The notes: generated by a model not told the origin, from the letters alone. A DNA stretch of 64,000 nt from Candidatus Eiseniibacteriota bacterium (GCA_963762255.1 CAVXKA010000002.1:672001-736000); one strand, 5' to 3'; counted from the stretch's first letter, positions 31,414 through 43,067 are shown. Translations and numbers: made by a program.

Positions 31414-34400
31414 CTACTTCTTCCCGAACCAGCGACGCAGGCGGGTTTGGAACCCGTCCATGTAGATGTAGAAGACCGGCGTGACGAAGAGGGTGAGGAA
31501 CTGCGAGAAGAGCAGTCCGCCCACGACGGCCAGACCGAGGGGGCGCCGGGACTCGGAGCCCGCGCCCAGCCCCGACCGCGATCGGCAGCGTCCCCATGAG
31601 CGCGGCCATCGTCGTCATCATGATCGGCCGGAAGCGGACCATGCACGCCTCGTAGATGGCCTCGCTCGGCGTCTTTCCCCCGCCCCGCTGCGCGTCGAGG
31701 GCGAAGTCGATCATCATGATGCCGTTCTTCTTCACCAGCCCGATCAGCATGATGATGCCCGACGAAGGCGTAGACGCCCAGATCGATCTTGAAGATGAGC
31801 AGCGTGACCAGGGCGCCGAACCCGGCGAAGGGCAGGGCGGAGAGAATCGTGAGCGGGTGGATGAAGCTCTCGTAGAGGATGCCCAGCACGAGGTAGATGA
31901 CGAGAATGGCCAGCCACAGGAGGAGCCCCAGTCCCCGGCAAGGAGGACTGGAACGCCTGGGCCGTCCCCTGAAAGCTCGTGCTGATGGTGGCAGGGAGTT
32001 CGGTGCGCGCCAGGGCCTGCACCTGGGTCACCGCGTCCCCCAGCGCCACGCCGGGCTTCAGGTTGAAGGAGAGCGTCACCGAGGGAAGTTGCCCGAGGTG
32101 GTTGATCGAGGCCGGCCCGAGCCCTTCGCGCAGGCTGGCGATCGTGCTCAGCGGCACCAGCGCGCCCGCCGACGACCGCACGTAGAGCAGGGAGAGCGCG
32201 GCCGGGCTCATGCGGTACTCGGGCAGCAGCTCCAGGATCACCGAGTACTCGTTGTTGGGCGCGTAGATCGTGCTCACCTGACCGGAAGCGAACGCGTCGG
32301 CAAGGCTCGACTCCACCTGCTGCACCGAGATCCCCAGCGCCGAAGCCCGATCCCGGTTGATGTCCACGTTGACCTCGGGGGTGCGGATTTGGAGGTCGCT
32401 GGTCACGTCCTGCAGGCCGGGCAGGTCCTTCATCTTGTCCAGCATGGCCTGCGCGCGCGTCGTAGAGCTCGTCGGTGTCCGTCCCCTGCAGGGTGAACTG
32501 GTAGGCGCTGCGACTGCTCTGGCCGCCGATGCTGATGGGGGGAGGGTTTTGCAGATAGACGCGCACGCCGGGTATGCGGGCAAGCTTGGGGCGAAGCTCC
32601 TCGATGACCTGGTCGGCGCTGAGCTTCGCGCTCTTCCCGGGGCTTGAGCCGGATGAAGAGGTTTCCCTGGTTGGAGGCGCCGGACCCTCGGCCCCCCGCC
32701 GAGGACATGAACGCGTCCACGTTCGGATCCGCGGCGACCACCTCCGCCACCGCCTTCTGGTGCTCCACCATGGAATCGAAGGAGGTCCCCTCCGCCGCCT
32801 CGGTGGAGCCGGAGATCCGACTCGTGTCCTCGCTTGCCAGAAACCCCTTCGGGATGCGCTGCGAACAGGACCACCGTCAAGGCCAGGATCACCGCCGAGT
32901 AGAGCATGGTGATGCGCCTGTGGCGGATCGACCACGACAGTCCCTTCTCGTAGACGTGGAGCATCCGGCCGAAGAAACGCTCCGAGAACGCGTAGACACG
33001 CCCATGGTGGGCTTGGGCCGAGGGCCGAAGGAAGCGGCTGGAGAGCATCGGGGTCAGCGAGAGCGAGACGAAGCCGGAGATGAGGATCGCGGCCGAGATG
33101 GTGATGGCGAACTCGTGGAAGAGCCGGCCGAGGATTCCCCCCATGAACAGGATCGGGATGAAGACCGCGGTCAGAGCCAGGGTCATCGAGAGGATCGTGA
33201 AGCCGATCTCGCGCGATCCGTTGAGGGCGGCCTCGTGGGGCGACTCCCCCATCTCCATGTGCCGGACGATGTTCTCGAGCATGACGATGGCGTCGTCCAC
33301 CACGAACCCGACCGAGAGGGTCAGCGCCATCAGCGAGAGGTTGTCCAGGCTGAACCCCATGAGAAAGAGAACGACGAAGGTGCCCACGATCGACATGGGG
33401 AGGGCCAGCGACGGGATCACCGTCGCCGAGATGTTGCGCAGGAAGAGGAAGATCACGAGCACGACCAGGATCAGCGTGAGGAGCAGGGTGCCTTTCACGT
33501 CCGCCACCGACGCGCGGATCGACTCCGAGCGGTCGAAGAGGATGTTCATCGTCACCGAGGCCGGGAGCTGCTCCTGGAAGGAGGGCAGCAGGGCCTTCAC
33601 CGCACTCGGCCACCGCCACCGTGTTGGTGCCGGGCTGCCGCTGGATGGCCAGGACGACCGCCCGCTGATCGATATACCAGGCCGCATTCTTGTCGTTCTG
33701 CACACTGTCGACGACCCGACCCAGTTCCTCGAGACGCACCGGCTGCCCGTCGCGATAGGCCACGATGATCGGCTTGTAGGCGTCGGCCTCCAGCAATTGT
33801 CCGTTGGCCTGGATGGTGAAGCTCTCATGCGGGCCGTCCAGAACTCCGGTGGGGAGGTTCACGTTGGCGGCGCTGATGGCGTCGGCCACCTCGTCGACGC
33901 CGATCCCTCGGCTGGCCAGCGCCTTGGGATCGAGCTGCACGCGCACCGCGTACTTCTGCGACCCGAACACCAGGACCTGAGCCACCCCGCTCACCATCGA
34001 GATCCGCTGCGCCAGCATCGTTTCGCCGTACTCGTCGAGGGTGTAGAGCGGGAGCGTGGGCGAGGTCAGGGCGATGAAGAGGATCGGCGAGTCGGCCGGG
34101 TTCACCTTGCGATACGAAGGGGGGCTCGGCATATCCGGGGGAAGCTGGCGCAGCGTGGCGGCGATCGCCGACTGCACGTCCTGGGCGGCGGCGTCGATAT
34201 CCCGGCTCAGGCTGAACTGCAGGGTGATCTGGGTCGAGCCCAGCGAGTTGGTGGAGGTCATCGACTCGAGACCGGCGATGGTCGAGAACTGGCGCTCGAG
34301 GGGGGTCGCCACCGAGGAGGCCATCGTCTCCGGGTTGGCGCCGGGGAGACTGGCCGAGACCTGCAGGGTCGGATAGTCGACATTCGGGCAGGTCGCTCAC

Positions 34401-34499
34401 CGGAAGCAGCCGGTAGCCCATGATGCCGAAGAGAAGAATGGCCAGCATGATCAGGGTGGTCATGACCGGCCGCCGGATGAAGATCTCGGCGATGTTCAT
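31414..34499 (-). pseudogene. RND efflux permease (MdtB/C-like), broken by about 8 apparent single-base insertions (pseudogene or read errors)
   Basis: Motifs [39 protein letters not shown] and RFRPIMMTT are spread across frames. Stop at 31414. Confidence 0.85.
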
Positions 34500-35691
34500 G
34501 ATCCGGTGGCCTCCGCGGGAGCCGCCCCTGCCTTGATATCGACCTTGGCTCCCGGCACGAGACGAAGCTGGCCGTCGGTGACCACACGGTCGCCGGCCTG
34601 CACGCCGCGCTCCACCACCACGTCGCCGTCGGTCTCCATCCCCACCGTGACCGGCTGCACGGCCACGGTCAGATCGGGCTTGATCACGTAGACGAAGCTC
34701 CCCTGCTGGCTCTTCTGCACCGCCGCGCGCCGGAACCACCACCGCGCCTTTGCGTACGGTGAGGACCAGGGAGACGTCGACGAACTGCCCCGGCCAGAGG
34801 CTCTCGTCCGCATTGGGGAAGGTAGCCTTGAGCAGGATCATCCCGGTCGTCTCGTCCACCCGTTGTCGATGAAGGTCAGATCTCCGGCGACCACCTGCGC
34901 CGTGTCCCCCGAAGCGGAAGCCTCGACCCGCAGCGTCCCCGCGCGAGCGCGCGCGCGGATCTCGGGCAGCGAGCGGCTCGGGCACGCAGAAGCTGACGTA
35001 CACCGGCACGATTTGCTGGATCACCACCAGCGGGTTGGCGTCGTTGGCGCTCGACCAGATTCCCCGGGTGGACGAGGAGGTTCCCGGTGCGCCCGGAGAT
35101 GGGGGCGCGGATCGAGCAGAAGCTCAGGTTGAGCCGCGCGTTGCGGCACGCGGCGGCGTCGGCGTCGAGGGTGGCATGCAAGGCCGCGGCGTCGGACTTC
35201 ACCTGATCGAACTGGTCCTTGGTGACGTAGTCCTTGTCCACCAGCTCGGCGTAGCGCTGTTGCTGGGCGTCGGCACCGGCGGAGAGGGCGCTGTCCCTGG
35301 CGGAGTCGGCCAGCGCCGACTGCAGCGCGATCTCGTAGGGGCGGCGGTCGATCGTAACGAGCAGCTCACCCTTGCGGACGTTATCACCCTCCCGAAATTC
35401 GACCCGGGTCAGCTCTCCCCCCACCCGCGGGCGCACGTTGACCGTGTTGTACGCCTCCACCGTGCCGATCGCCTTGAGCGTGACCGGGACATCCTTGAGG
35501 ACGGCCTCACCGGCGGTCACCGGTACCGGCCCCACGACAGGCCGGCCCTTCCTGCCGGCTTCTCTCGTGCACCCGGCGAGCGGCCCGAGCGCGACGAGCG
35601 CTATCGAACCGGCGATGAGACACAGGGCCGGGCGCCCGAGAGTCCGCCGTGCAAGCGCGAGGGCCTCGGGCACGGAACGACGGTCGATCAT
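34496..35691 (-). pseudogene. RND periplasmic adaptor (MFP) with several frameshifts
   Basis: Motifs IGTVEAYNTV, FREGDNV, IRAPISGRTG, LWPGQFV and VVTDGQ fall in different frames. Confidence 0.8.
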
Positions 35692-37187
35692 GGCTTGCCT
35701 TCCTTCCGCGTGCCCTCGGCGGCGCCCTCTCCCGGAACCGCAATCGAGGGTCCAAGCGCCCCGGTGTCGTGCGCGAGCTGCGCGAGCGAGATATACCAGT
35801 CAGCGCGGGCCTGCACTTGCAACCCGCGGGCCTGTTCGAGCGCCGCTTGAGCGGCGAGGAGGTCCAGGATCGTGCCGACACCGGCCTGGTAGCGTCCCCG
35901 AGCCACGTCATGGGACGCGGTGGCGCTTTGCAGGAGATCCTCGATCGACTTGAGCCGCTGCTGGGCGGTCTTGAATCCGTAGTAGCTGGTCCAGACCTGC
36001 AGCGTCACCGCTTGCTCGAGGCTCTGCAGCCGCGCCCGTGCGAGGTCGGCTTCGGCCCTGGATCGCCGGACATCGTAGTGATGCGAGAAACCGGTAAAGA
36101 GGGGCATGCGCAACTGCAAGACGGCGGAGAAGGTATTGTTGAAGCCGCTGCTCGCGTCCGGGTAGAAGCGCCCGAGGCTTCCCGTGGCGGAGAGGGTCGG
36201 ATAGCCCTGCGCCTTCACCGTTCCCACGTGGGCCTCGGCCTCGCGCATCTGCGCGCGCGCCGCGGCGAGGTCCGGCCGATTCGCCTTGGCCTCATCGAGA
36301 TAGCGATCGACGTCCTGGGAGGTCTGATCGAGCGGCGGCTCCATACTCGACGCGTCCACGTCGAACGGCGTGTTCGCGGGGAGCCCCATCGAGGTCGCGA
36401 GCGCTCCGCGCGTCACCGCGATCCGGCCGCGCAGCGTCTCCACCGAGAGTCCCACCTGGGAGAGCGCGGTTTGGGCTTGCAGCACATCGGCGATGGTGGC
36501 CAAGCCCGCCTTGTGGCGATCCTGTGCCGCGTCCAGACTGGCCTTCGCCTCCGCCTGCGTGGACTCCTCGGCCGCGAGCAGGGCTCTGGCGGTGACGTAC
36601 TCGTAGTAGGCCTGCTCGACCTGCAGCACGACATTCTGGATGACCGCGTTGTGCGTCCAGTCGGCGGCCAGCAGTGCTTGACGCGTCTCCTCCACCGCCG
36701 CGTGCCGTCCGCCGAAGTTGAAGAGCATCCAGGTGACGTCGGCGGTCCCCGCGACCCAGCGTTGAATCGCAGCGGTACGGCCGGCGCCCGGCACGCCCTT
36801 CTGGACGGTTCGGTTGGCGGAGACGTTCGCCTGGGGGTAGTAGGAACCGCGCTCGCTGCCGTAGGCGGCGGCGGCGGACCGCGCCGAGGCCCATGCCGCG
36901 CGGGTCTGGGAGCTCGTGCGCAGCGCGACATCAACGATCTCGGCCAGCCCCCAACTTGCGCTGGTTGCGGCGAGATCCGGAGGGATCGATGGCGGCGGCG
37001 CGGGCTGCAAGGGTTGCGCCAGTACCTCTGCCGGAGGCGTCCACGGCGTCTCCGGCGCGGGGGCGACCGCGGGCCCGCCGTAGAGAGATGTCTGCGAGCA
37101 GCCGATCAGCCCGATCGCCAGGGCCGCCGCCAGCGCGGTCAGGATCCCGTATCTGTTCGTCGCTGCGTGTTTCGTGTCTTCGACCAT
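35688..37187 (-). CDS. TolC-family outer membrane efflux lipoprotein
   Basis: Lipobox LIGC, RPDL and RYQAGVGTILDLLAAQ. First gene of the RND operon. Confidence 0.9.
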   Translation of the reverse strand: MVEDTKHAATNRYGILTALAAALAIGLIGCSQTSLYGGPAVAPAPETPWTPPAEVLAQPLQPAPPPSIPPDLAATSASWGLAEIVDVALRTSSQTRAAWASARSAAAAYGSERGSYYPQANVSANRTVQKGVPGAGRTAAIQRWVAGTADVTWMLFNFGGRHAAVEETRQALLAADWTHNAVIQNVVLQVEQAYYEYVTARALLAAEESTQAEAKASLDAAQDRHKAGLATIADVLQAQTALSQVGLSVETLRGRIAVTRGALATSMGLPANTPFDVDASSMEPPLDQTSQDVDRYLDEAKANRPDLAAARAQMREAEAHVGTVKAQGYPTLSATGSLGRFYPDASSGFNNTFSAVLQLRMPLFTGFSHHYDVRRSRAEADLARARLQSLEQAVTLQVWTSYYGFKTAQQRLKSIEDLLQSATASHDVARGRYQAGVGTILDLLAAQAALEQARGLQVQARADWYISLAQLAHDTGALGPSIAVPGEGAAEGTRKEGKP

Positions 37188-37440
37188 GGGAGCCTCGCAG
37201 GGGTCAAGAGCGGAGATTCTACTTCCAATCCCGGCCTCCGGTCCTTACTTCCGTGTTCCGGGATGGGCCCCCGGCTCAGTCCTAGACGGCCCATCCCGCC
37301 CGATGCTAAGGTTCTCCGCAATACTTCAACGATCTCGGTAAGTGCATTGACGGCTCGCGAGCCTCTGCCAGCCCGCCCGCCGCCCGTTTCGGACCGATAC
37401 CGACGCCAGGGCGCTACCCGAAAACCAGAGGCTCAAATCC

Positions 37441-39069
37441 ATGCGCAGTCCGCACATCCTGATGATCTATCCCCGTTTCAACCCCGATTCCTTCTGGAAC
37501 TATCAGGCCACCTGCGAAGTGGCCGGCGCACGGTACTCGGCGGCGCCGCTCGGCCTCATCACCGTCGCCGCCATGCTCCCTCCCGATTGGGAGGTGCGCC
37601 TCGTGAACCGGAATACGGAGGAGTTGAGCCCGTCCGACCTCGCGTGGGCGGACATGGTCATGACCGGCGGCATGCTTCCCCAACAAGGGGACACGCTTCA
37701 CGTGATCGCGCTCGCCCACGAGGCGGGCAAACCGGTCGTGGTGGGAGGCACCGATGTCTCCTCCAGCCCCCATGTTTACGACGACGCGGAGTTCCGCGTC
37801 GTCGGAGAGGCGGAGGGGATCCTCGACCAGCTCATCGCCGCGTGGCAACGCGGCGATTCTGGCGGCACCTTCAAAGCGGAGGAATTCCCGGACGTCACCA
37901 CCTCGCCGGTGCCCCGCTTCGACCTTCTCAAGTTCGAGCACTACATGCACGTGGGCGTCCAGGTCACACGCGGCTGCCCCTTCACCTGCGAGTTCTGCAA
38001 CGTGATCGAGCTGAACGGCCGCACGCCGCGGGTCAAGACCACCGAGCAGGTGCTGCGCGAGCTGACCGCGCTCTATGACCTCGGCTACCGCGGGCACGTC
38101 GATTTCGTGGACGACAATCTGATCGGCAACCGCCGAGTGATCAAGCCGATCCTCAAAGAGCTCGCCGTCTGGCTCGAGCGGCACAACTACCCCTTCGAGT
38201 TCTCCACCGAAGCGAGCATGAACCTCGCCGACGACGACGAGCTTCTCGTGCTCATGAAGCGTGCGAACTTCTTCGCCGTGTTCGTGGGAATCGAGACCCC
38301 GGATACCGCCGCACTCCTGGGGGCGGGCAAGCGACAGAACACCCGACGGGACATCGTGGAAAGCATCCGCAAGATCTACGGCGCCGGCATCTTCGTGAAC
38401 GCCGGGTTCATCATCGGCTTCGACGCCGAGAAGGACCGGATGGCCGAGCCGATGATCGCCTGCATCGAGGACGCCGCGATCCCGATCGCCATGGTGGGCC
38501 TACTCTATGCGCTCCCCAACACGCAGCTCTGGCGCCGTCTGGCAGCGGAAGGTCGGCTTCACGCCAACTCGGATCGAGTGCAGGGGGTGACCGTCGCCGA
38601 CCAGTGCACGTCGGGGCTCAACTTCGACACGATCCGCCCGCGTCAGGACATGATCGACGACTATCGGACTGTCTTGCGAAGGATCTACGAACCGCGGGCC
38701 TTCTTCGGTCGGGCCGCCCGGGTGACCCGGTTGCTGGACGTATCCGGGCATCGCGTGAACCGCCCACTGCGCGCCATGCTCCGCGACCTGCGCTCCTTCG
38801 CCCGCATCACGTGGCGCACCGGGGTTCTCGACCGCCGCAGCCGCGCTTCCTACTGGCGTGCGGTCGGCGATTGCCTCCTGCACAATCCGCGCGCGGCGCG
38901 GATCATGGTGTCCTTCGCGGCGCTCTACCTGCACTTCGGGCCGTACTCGCGCTTCCTCGATGCCCGTATGGCGGCGGAGATCGAGGGAGTGGCCGTCACT
39001 TCCCATCCGCAGCTTCGCACCGCCGGATCGCTTGCCGCAGTGAAGGGGCCGCTTCCCGCCAACGGGTAG
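37441..39069 (+). CDS. B12-binding radical SAM protein (DUF4070 type)
   Basis: Motifs PLGLITVAAMLP, RGCPFTCEFC, FVDDNLIGN, FVGIET and GFIIGFD. Confidence 0.9.
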   Translation: MRSPHILMIYPRFNPDSFWNYQATCEVAGARYSAAPLGLITVAAMLPPDWEVRLVNRNTEELSPSDLAWADMVMTGGMLPQQGDTLHVIALAHEAGKPVVVGGTDVSSSPHVYDDAEFRVVGEAEGILDQLIAAWQRGDSGGTFKAEEFPDVTTSPVPRFDLLKFEHYMHVGVQVTRGCPFTCEFCNVIELNGRTPRVKTTEQVLRELTALYDLGYRGHVDFVDDNLIGNRRVIKPILKELAVWLERHNYPFEFSTEASMNLADDDELLVLMKRANFFAVFVGIETPDTAALLGAGKRQNTRRDIVESIRKIYGAGIFVNAGFIIGFDAEKDRMAEPMIACIEDAAIPIAMVGLLYALPNTQLWRRLAAEGRLHANSDRVQGVTVADQCTSGLNFDTIRPRQDMIDDYRTVLRRIYEPRAFFGRAARVTRLLDVSGHRVNRPLRAMLRDLRSFARITWRTGVLDRRSRASYWRAVGDCLLHNPRAARIMVSFAALYLHFGPYSRFLDARMAAEIEGVAVTSHPQLRTAGSLAAVKGPLPANG

Positions 39070-40846
39070 CGTCGGCGCGAAAGAGTTCGGCCAACCGTAG
39101 GCCTCCGGCCGTCGCCTCGTCGAGGTGAGCGGCGGCGGCATCGTCCCCCGACTCCGCACGGATCGCGATCACGGAGAAGTACCAGCCGAGCGCGTGGTCC
39201 GGTTCGAGCCGGCAGGCTTCCTCGAAGTTCCGGCGCGCCTCGGCGGGGTCCCCCGTCTCGAGCCCGATCCGCCCCAGCATGCGGTATGCGGCGGCGTCCG
39301 AGGGGTCCATATCCAAGACGCGATGGAAGGCGTCGCGCGCCTCAGCGTACTCGCCGAGTTGAGTGAGCGCGGTGCCCAGGTTCAGCCAGTCCTGCGACTT
39401 CGCGAAGGGGCTCGCCACGATCCGCCGCAGGATGGCCGCAGCACGAACATGGTCGCCGTCCTGGATGGCGAGAACGCCCACCGCGGCGATCTCCGCGCGC
39501 TCGGCGGCGGATCCCGGCGTGAGGTCATCGACGCGACTGTGCGCGAGGAGCGCCCGCGCCTGCTCGGTCTTGCCCGTGCGCAAGAGTTCCGAGATCAGGA
39601 AGTGCCGCACCACCGAGGCGTCGGGATTCGCGCGCAGCGCCGAACGGAAGAGTGTCTCGCTGTCCCGCCAGTCCCCCGAACGCTGGATGGAGACGGTGGT
39701 GAGAGCGGTGATGGGAAGCACGGCGAGCGCGGTCAGGGCCCACGCCGGCCGGTGCAGGCCGAGTCGTCTGCCCAGCGCTTGCGCGCCGGCGGCGGCAAGA
39801 ACGGCCAGCCCGAGAAGAGGAAGGTAGACGAAGCGCTCGGCGAAGACGAAGTAGGACGCGATGAGGTTGAGCGACGGAATCAGGGCAAGGTAGAACCACA
39901 CGAGACCGAAGCGCGCCCCGCGCGAGCGCGTGCGCCAGAGCAGCAGCGCCGCGATCGCTTGCAGGGCGACCGAGATCCAGAGCCTTGCCGAGCCGAGCCC
40001 GGCCGCAGCCAGATCGGTGTGGTCGATGGTGAGAGGGTACGGCCATACGAAGAGCTTCATGTGGAGCGGGATCCAGGCTACCGAGCTGGGGAAGAGCCAG
40101 CCGAGACCGGATCCGGGCGGGGGCACATCCCCCGCCGCGGCGAGAAGGCGGCCGCGCAACAGCAGGAAGAGCGCGCCCATCACCGCCATGGTCGCTAGAA
40201 CTCTCCACGGCGCCTCGGTACGTTCTGCGCGCTTGCGCGCGCCCGCCCGGTCCAACACCCACAGCGCCCCGAGCAAGATCGGCAGCACCAGCACGCTTTC
40301 CTTGGTGAGCAACCCGAGTCCGAACGGCGCGAGGAGCCACCAGAGCCGCCCCCGCCGCCCGTTCCCGCGCGCGATGGCGAGAAACGTGAGCGACACGGCA
40401 AGAACGAGAATCGCGGCGAGCAAATCATCCTGCGCCTTGATGGAAGCCACGACCTCAGTCTGCAGCGGATGGCAGGCGAAGAGCGCTCCCGCCGCGAGCG
40501 CGGGGGCGGGATCGAGATAGCGCCGCACCAGCAGCCACGCGAGGAGCGTTGCGACGGCGTGGAGAAGCAGGTTCACCGCATGATAGGGCCACGGAGTGTC
40601 GCCGAACGCGCGGTGCTCGGCCATGAACGCAAGCGTGCGGACGGGGCGGTACGCCCGCACGTTGTCCCCCACGCCGTGCGTGGCGGGCTCGGTGAGAACG
40701 GTGAGCAACGGCGCGCCGGCGCGCACCGAGGGGTTCTCGACCAGGACCGCGACGTCGTCGTAGGCGAAGCCGTTGCCCAGCGTGCGGCCGAAGGCGATGA
40801 GCACGAGCAGCACGAGAAGGAGCGCGGACCCGAGGTCTCGCTTCAT
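38996..40846 (-). CDS. Second TMTC-like GT-C plus TPR protein
   Basis: Motifs FAYDD, AYRP, HPLQTEVV, KES and AERFVYLP, then TPRs. Overlaps the 3' end of the convergent radical SAM gene. Confidence 0.85.
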   Translation of the reverse strand: MKRDLGSALLLVLLVLIAFGRTLGNGFAYDDVAVLVENPSVRAGAPLLTVLTEPATHGVGDNVRAYRPVRTLAFMAEHRAFGDTPWPYHAVNLLLHAVATLLAWLLVRRYLDPAPALAAGALFACHPLQTEVVASIKAQDDLLAAILVLAVSLTFLAIARGNGRRGRLWWLLAPFGLGLLTKESVLVLPILLGALWVLDRAGARKRAERTEAPWRVLATMAVMGALFLLLRGRLLAAAGDVPPPGSGLGWLFPSSVAWIPLHMKLFVWPYPLTIDHTDLAAAGLGSARLWISVALQAIAALLLWRTRSRGARFGLVWFYLALIPSLNLIASYFVFAERFVYLPLLGLAVLAAAGAQALGRRLGLHRPAWALTALAVLPITALTTVSIQRSGDWRDSETLFRSALRANPDASVVRHFLISELLRTGKTEQARALLAHSRVDDLTPGSAAERAEIAAVGVLAIQDGDHVRAAAILRRIVASPFAKSQDWLNLGTALTQLGEYAEARDAFHRVLDMDPSDAAAYRMLGRIGLETGDPAEARRNFEEACRLEPDHALGWYFSVIAIRAESGDDAAAAHLDEATAGGLRLAELFRADATRWREAAPSLRQAIRRCEAADGK

Positions 40847-42624
40847 CGCGGGTACACGATGGCAGGAGAGAGCACGCTGGCCTGTCCCAGCCCGAAGAAC
40901 CCGGTGGCGACGAGCGCGAAACCGCCCTCGGGTTCTGCCGGATCCCCGAGGATGCCGAAGGGGAGACCGTTCTTCGCGTAGGCCAGGCGCGCGAAGGCGA
41001 GCGATACCAGCGGCTTCACGCGTTCATCCGCGTCCGGGATCGACGCGTACTGGGCCAGCAGGTAGAGGACGCCGGCACGCTTCGAGGACTCCCACGCGTT
41101 TTCCGGGGCCCACCATGTCGGATCCTCAAGCCACAGGTGCAACCCCTTGGGCCCGAGAAGGTATAGCGTCAGCGTCTCGCGGAGGATTCGCTGCACGTCC
41201 GGGTTTCCATAGCGACAGACCCAGAGCATGCCTTCGATAAGGTAGAAGTGGTCGCCAAGCACGCCCGATGGGGTGACATTGCCTCCCTCTCGATCGTGGG
41301 AGTGGAAGAGAATCTCACCGCTCGCTTCCAAGCTTACCGCGAGGAAGATCGCCGCCCGCTCCGCCGCGCGCAGGTAGATCGTATCGCCGGTCGCGCCGTA
41401 GAGCGCGGCGAGGTTCGTGGCCTGCACTCCGGTCGCGACGCTGTACGGGGTCGTGAACGTCTTGCCTTCGTACTGGAGGTTCGGAAACGCGCCGTTCGGA
41501 AGTTGGTTCGGAAGCACGATGGCGTCGGCGTACCGGCGAGCGGCGGCAAGGTAGCGCGTCCGGCGTTCCTCGTCGGCAGCGGGGGCGGCCACCGCGAGGC
41601 AAAGTGCCATCGAACCCACGTCGGCGAGGTTGGCGCTTCGGTTGGCAGTCACGACGATCGCCGAATCGGGCGGACACCCGAGGCGGCCGAAGTACTGTGA
41701 TCGCCAGGTGCCATCCGCCTCCTGATCCTCTGTGAACTGGTCGAGGCAGGCGAACGCGGATTCCCGGTACTCGTCCTCGTGGAGCAGGGCGGCACCGGCG
41801 AGAATGGTGCGGAGAGCGAACGAGTTCTCGTACCAGTTCCCACTGTAGGTGAAGCACCCCGCGGCGGGACGCTGCGCCATCAGATACCTGCACGCCCGGC
41901 GCAACACCGCGCGCGCGAGATTCGAAGAAGGGGCGGGGAGGTCTTGCGGATCGGCGGACAGCGCCTGCGGGCCGAGCCGCGGGGGATCCGCCACGGGTCT
42001 CCAGATCGGCGTGGTGCCGGAGTCTGGACGGGCTTCGTACAGGGTGAGACCGTTGGCCGCGAACGTGTCGCAATCCCGAGTGACGAGACGGACCCGCAGC
42101 CGCCCGTCCGCCGACGCGAACGAGAACGGCACATCCACGAACTCCCCCGGGCGGGTCGCGACACGGCCGATCACCTGGGTTCCGTTCACGATGACGTCCA
42201 CCGGCCCCTGCGGCCGGGTGAGGTCACCGAGAGTGAGGGTTGCCTTGTACGCGATCAGCGTGTCGACGCGCATCTCGAAGGTGGCATCGACACCGCGCAC
42301 GAGGTCGCCGAGGAAGGAGTCGCGTGTGCCCGCTCGGTCCTCGCGGCGTACGATGCCCCCCAACCATGCCGCGCCGCGGATCGGGTGCGATCGGTCAAAG
42401 ACCCAGGATCTCGGGGCGGGGCGCGTGACCGGGCCGAAGTCGATCCTCGCTACGCGCGGCCATCCATCCATTTCGGGTGGATCCCCCTGATAGGGGCGCA
42501 CCCTGGCGGGGGCGACGAAGGGGGCACTTCCGGCACGGGCCGGCGATCCTGGACTCACCGTCCCGTTGAGGAGGATCAGCACGCTCACCAGGCTCAACGC
42601 GAGAGGCCGCCGCCCGTCCATCAC
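40843..42624 (-). CDS. Secreted protein: galactose-binding-like beta-sandwich plus probable (alpha/alpha) barrel (glycoside hydrolase/lyase-like)
   Basis: Signal peptide; IDFGP…YKATLTLGD beta-rich region; helical repeats QEADGTW, QLPNGAF and ATGDTIYLRAAERAA. Confidence 0.55.
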   Translation of the reverse strand: MMDGRRPLALSLVSVLILLNGTVSPGSPARAGSAPFVAPARVRPYQGDPPEMDGWPRVARIDFGPVTRPAPRSWVFDRSHPIRGAAWLGGIVRREDRAGTRDSFLGDLVRGVDATFEMRVDTLIAYKATLTLGDLTRPQGPVDVIVNGTQVIGRVATRPGEFVDVPFSFASADGRLRVRLVTRDCDTFAANGLTLYEARPDSGTTPIWRPVADPPRLGPQALSADPQDLPAPSSNLARAVLRRACRYLMAQRPAAGCFTYSGNWYENSFALRTILAGAALLHEDEYRESAFACLDQFTEDQEADGTWRSQYFGRLGCPPDSAIVVTANRSANLADVGSMALCLAVAAPAADEERRTRYLAAARRYADAIVLPNQLPNGAFPNLQYEGKTFTTPYSVATGVQATNLAALYGATGDTIYLRAAERAAIFLAVSLEASGEILFHSHDREGGNVTPSGVLGDHFYLIEGMLWVCRYGNPDVQRILRETLTLYLLGPKGLHLWLEDPTWWAPENAWESSKRAGVLYLLAQYASIPDADERVKPLVSLAFARLAYAKNGLPFGILGDPAEPEGGFALVATGFFGLGQASVLSPAIVYPR

Positions 42625-42626
42625 CC

Positions 42627-43067
42627 CTACTTCGGCGCGTTTTCGGCGAAGAGCCGGCGCACCCGTCGCTCGCAGGATTGTCCGTCAGGGGACCGCAGCG
42701 CGCACGCGGCTTCCCCGCTTCGGATGTGCGCGATGATGCGCAACACGGTGTCGCGGACGCCCGCTCGCGACTCGGCGGCGACGGCGTCCGCGACCACCCC
42801 GAGACAGGTGCACACCGGAGCGTCCGCGGATTTCGGGAAGGCGGGAGAGACCAGCGCCTCCGCCGGCACCGTGGTGCTCCATGCGTCGAAGTAGCCGACC
42901 GGGCAGGCCGCGGTCCAGCAGAAGTGGGCGTCACTCGTGAACGCGCGCGCGCGTTCTTCGCCGATCTGCGCCACGAGGGTCTCCCGCTCCACCCGAACCC
43001 CCCGCGCGCCGCACTTCGGGCAGGTGGGTGCCGGCGCCTCGGGATCCTTCATGAAAGCCTTGTTCAT
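42627..43067 (-). CDS. Cys-rich metal-binding protein (CopZ Zn-binding/BFD-like [2Fe-2S] domain)
   Basis: Cysteine pattern CPKCG, FCWTAACPVGYF, VCTCLG and CALRSPDGQSC. Confidence 0.75.
   Translation of the reverse strand: MNKAFMKDPEAPAPTCPKCGARGVRVERETLVAQIGEERARAFTSDAHFCWTAACPVGYFDAWSTTVPAEALVSPAFPKSADAPVCTCLGVVADAVAAESRAGVRDTVLRIIAHIRSGEAACALRSPDGQSCERRVRRLFAENAPK

Noticed and set aside
35649-38078. 809-aa plus-strand ORF
   Set aside because: Antisense to tolC and out of frame with the radical SAM gene; no recognisable domain.
37441-39069. Specific call as hopanoid methylase HpnP
   Set aside because: The domain layout is shared by a large family and no hpn genes are nearby.
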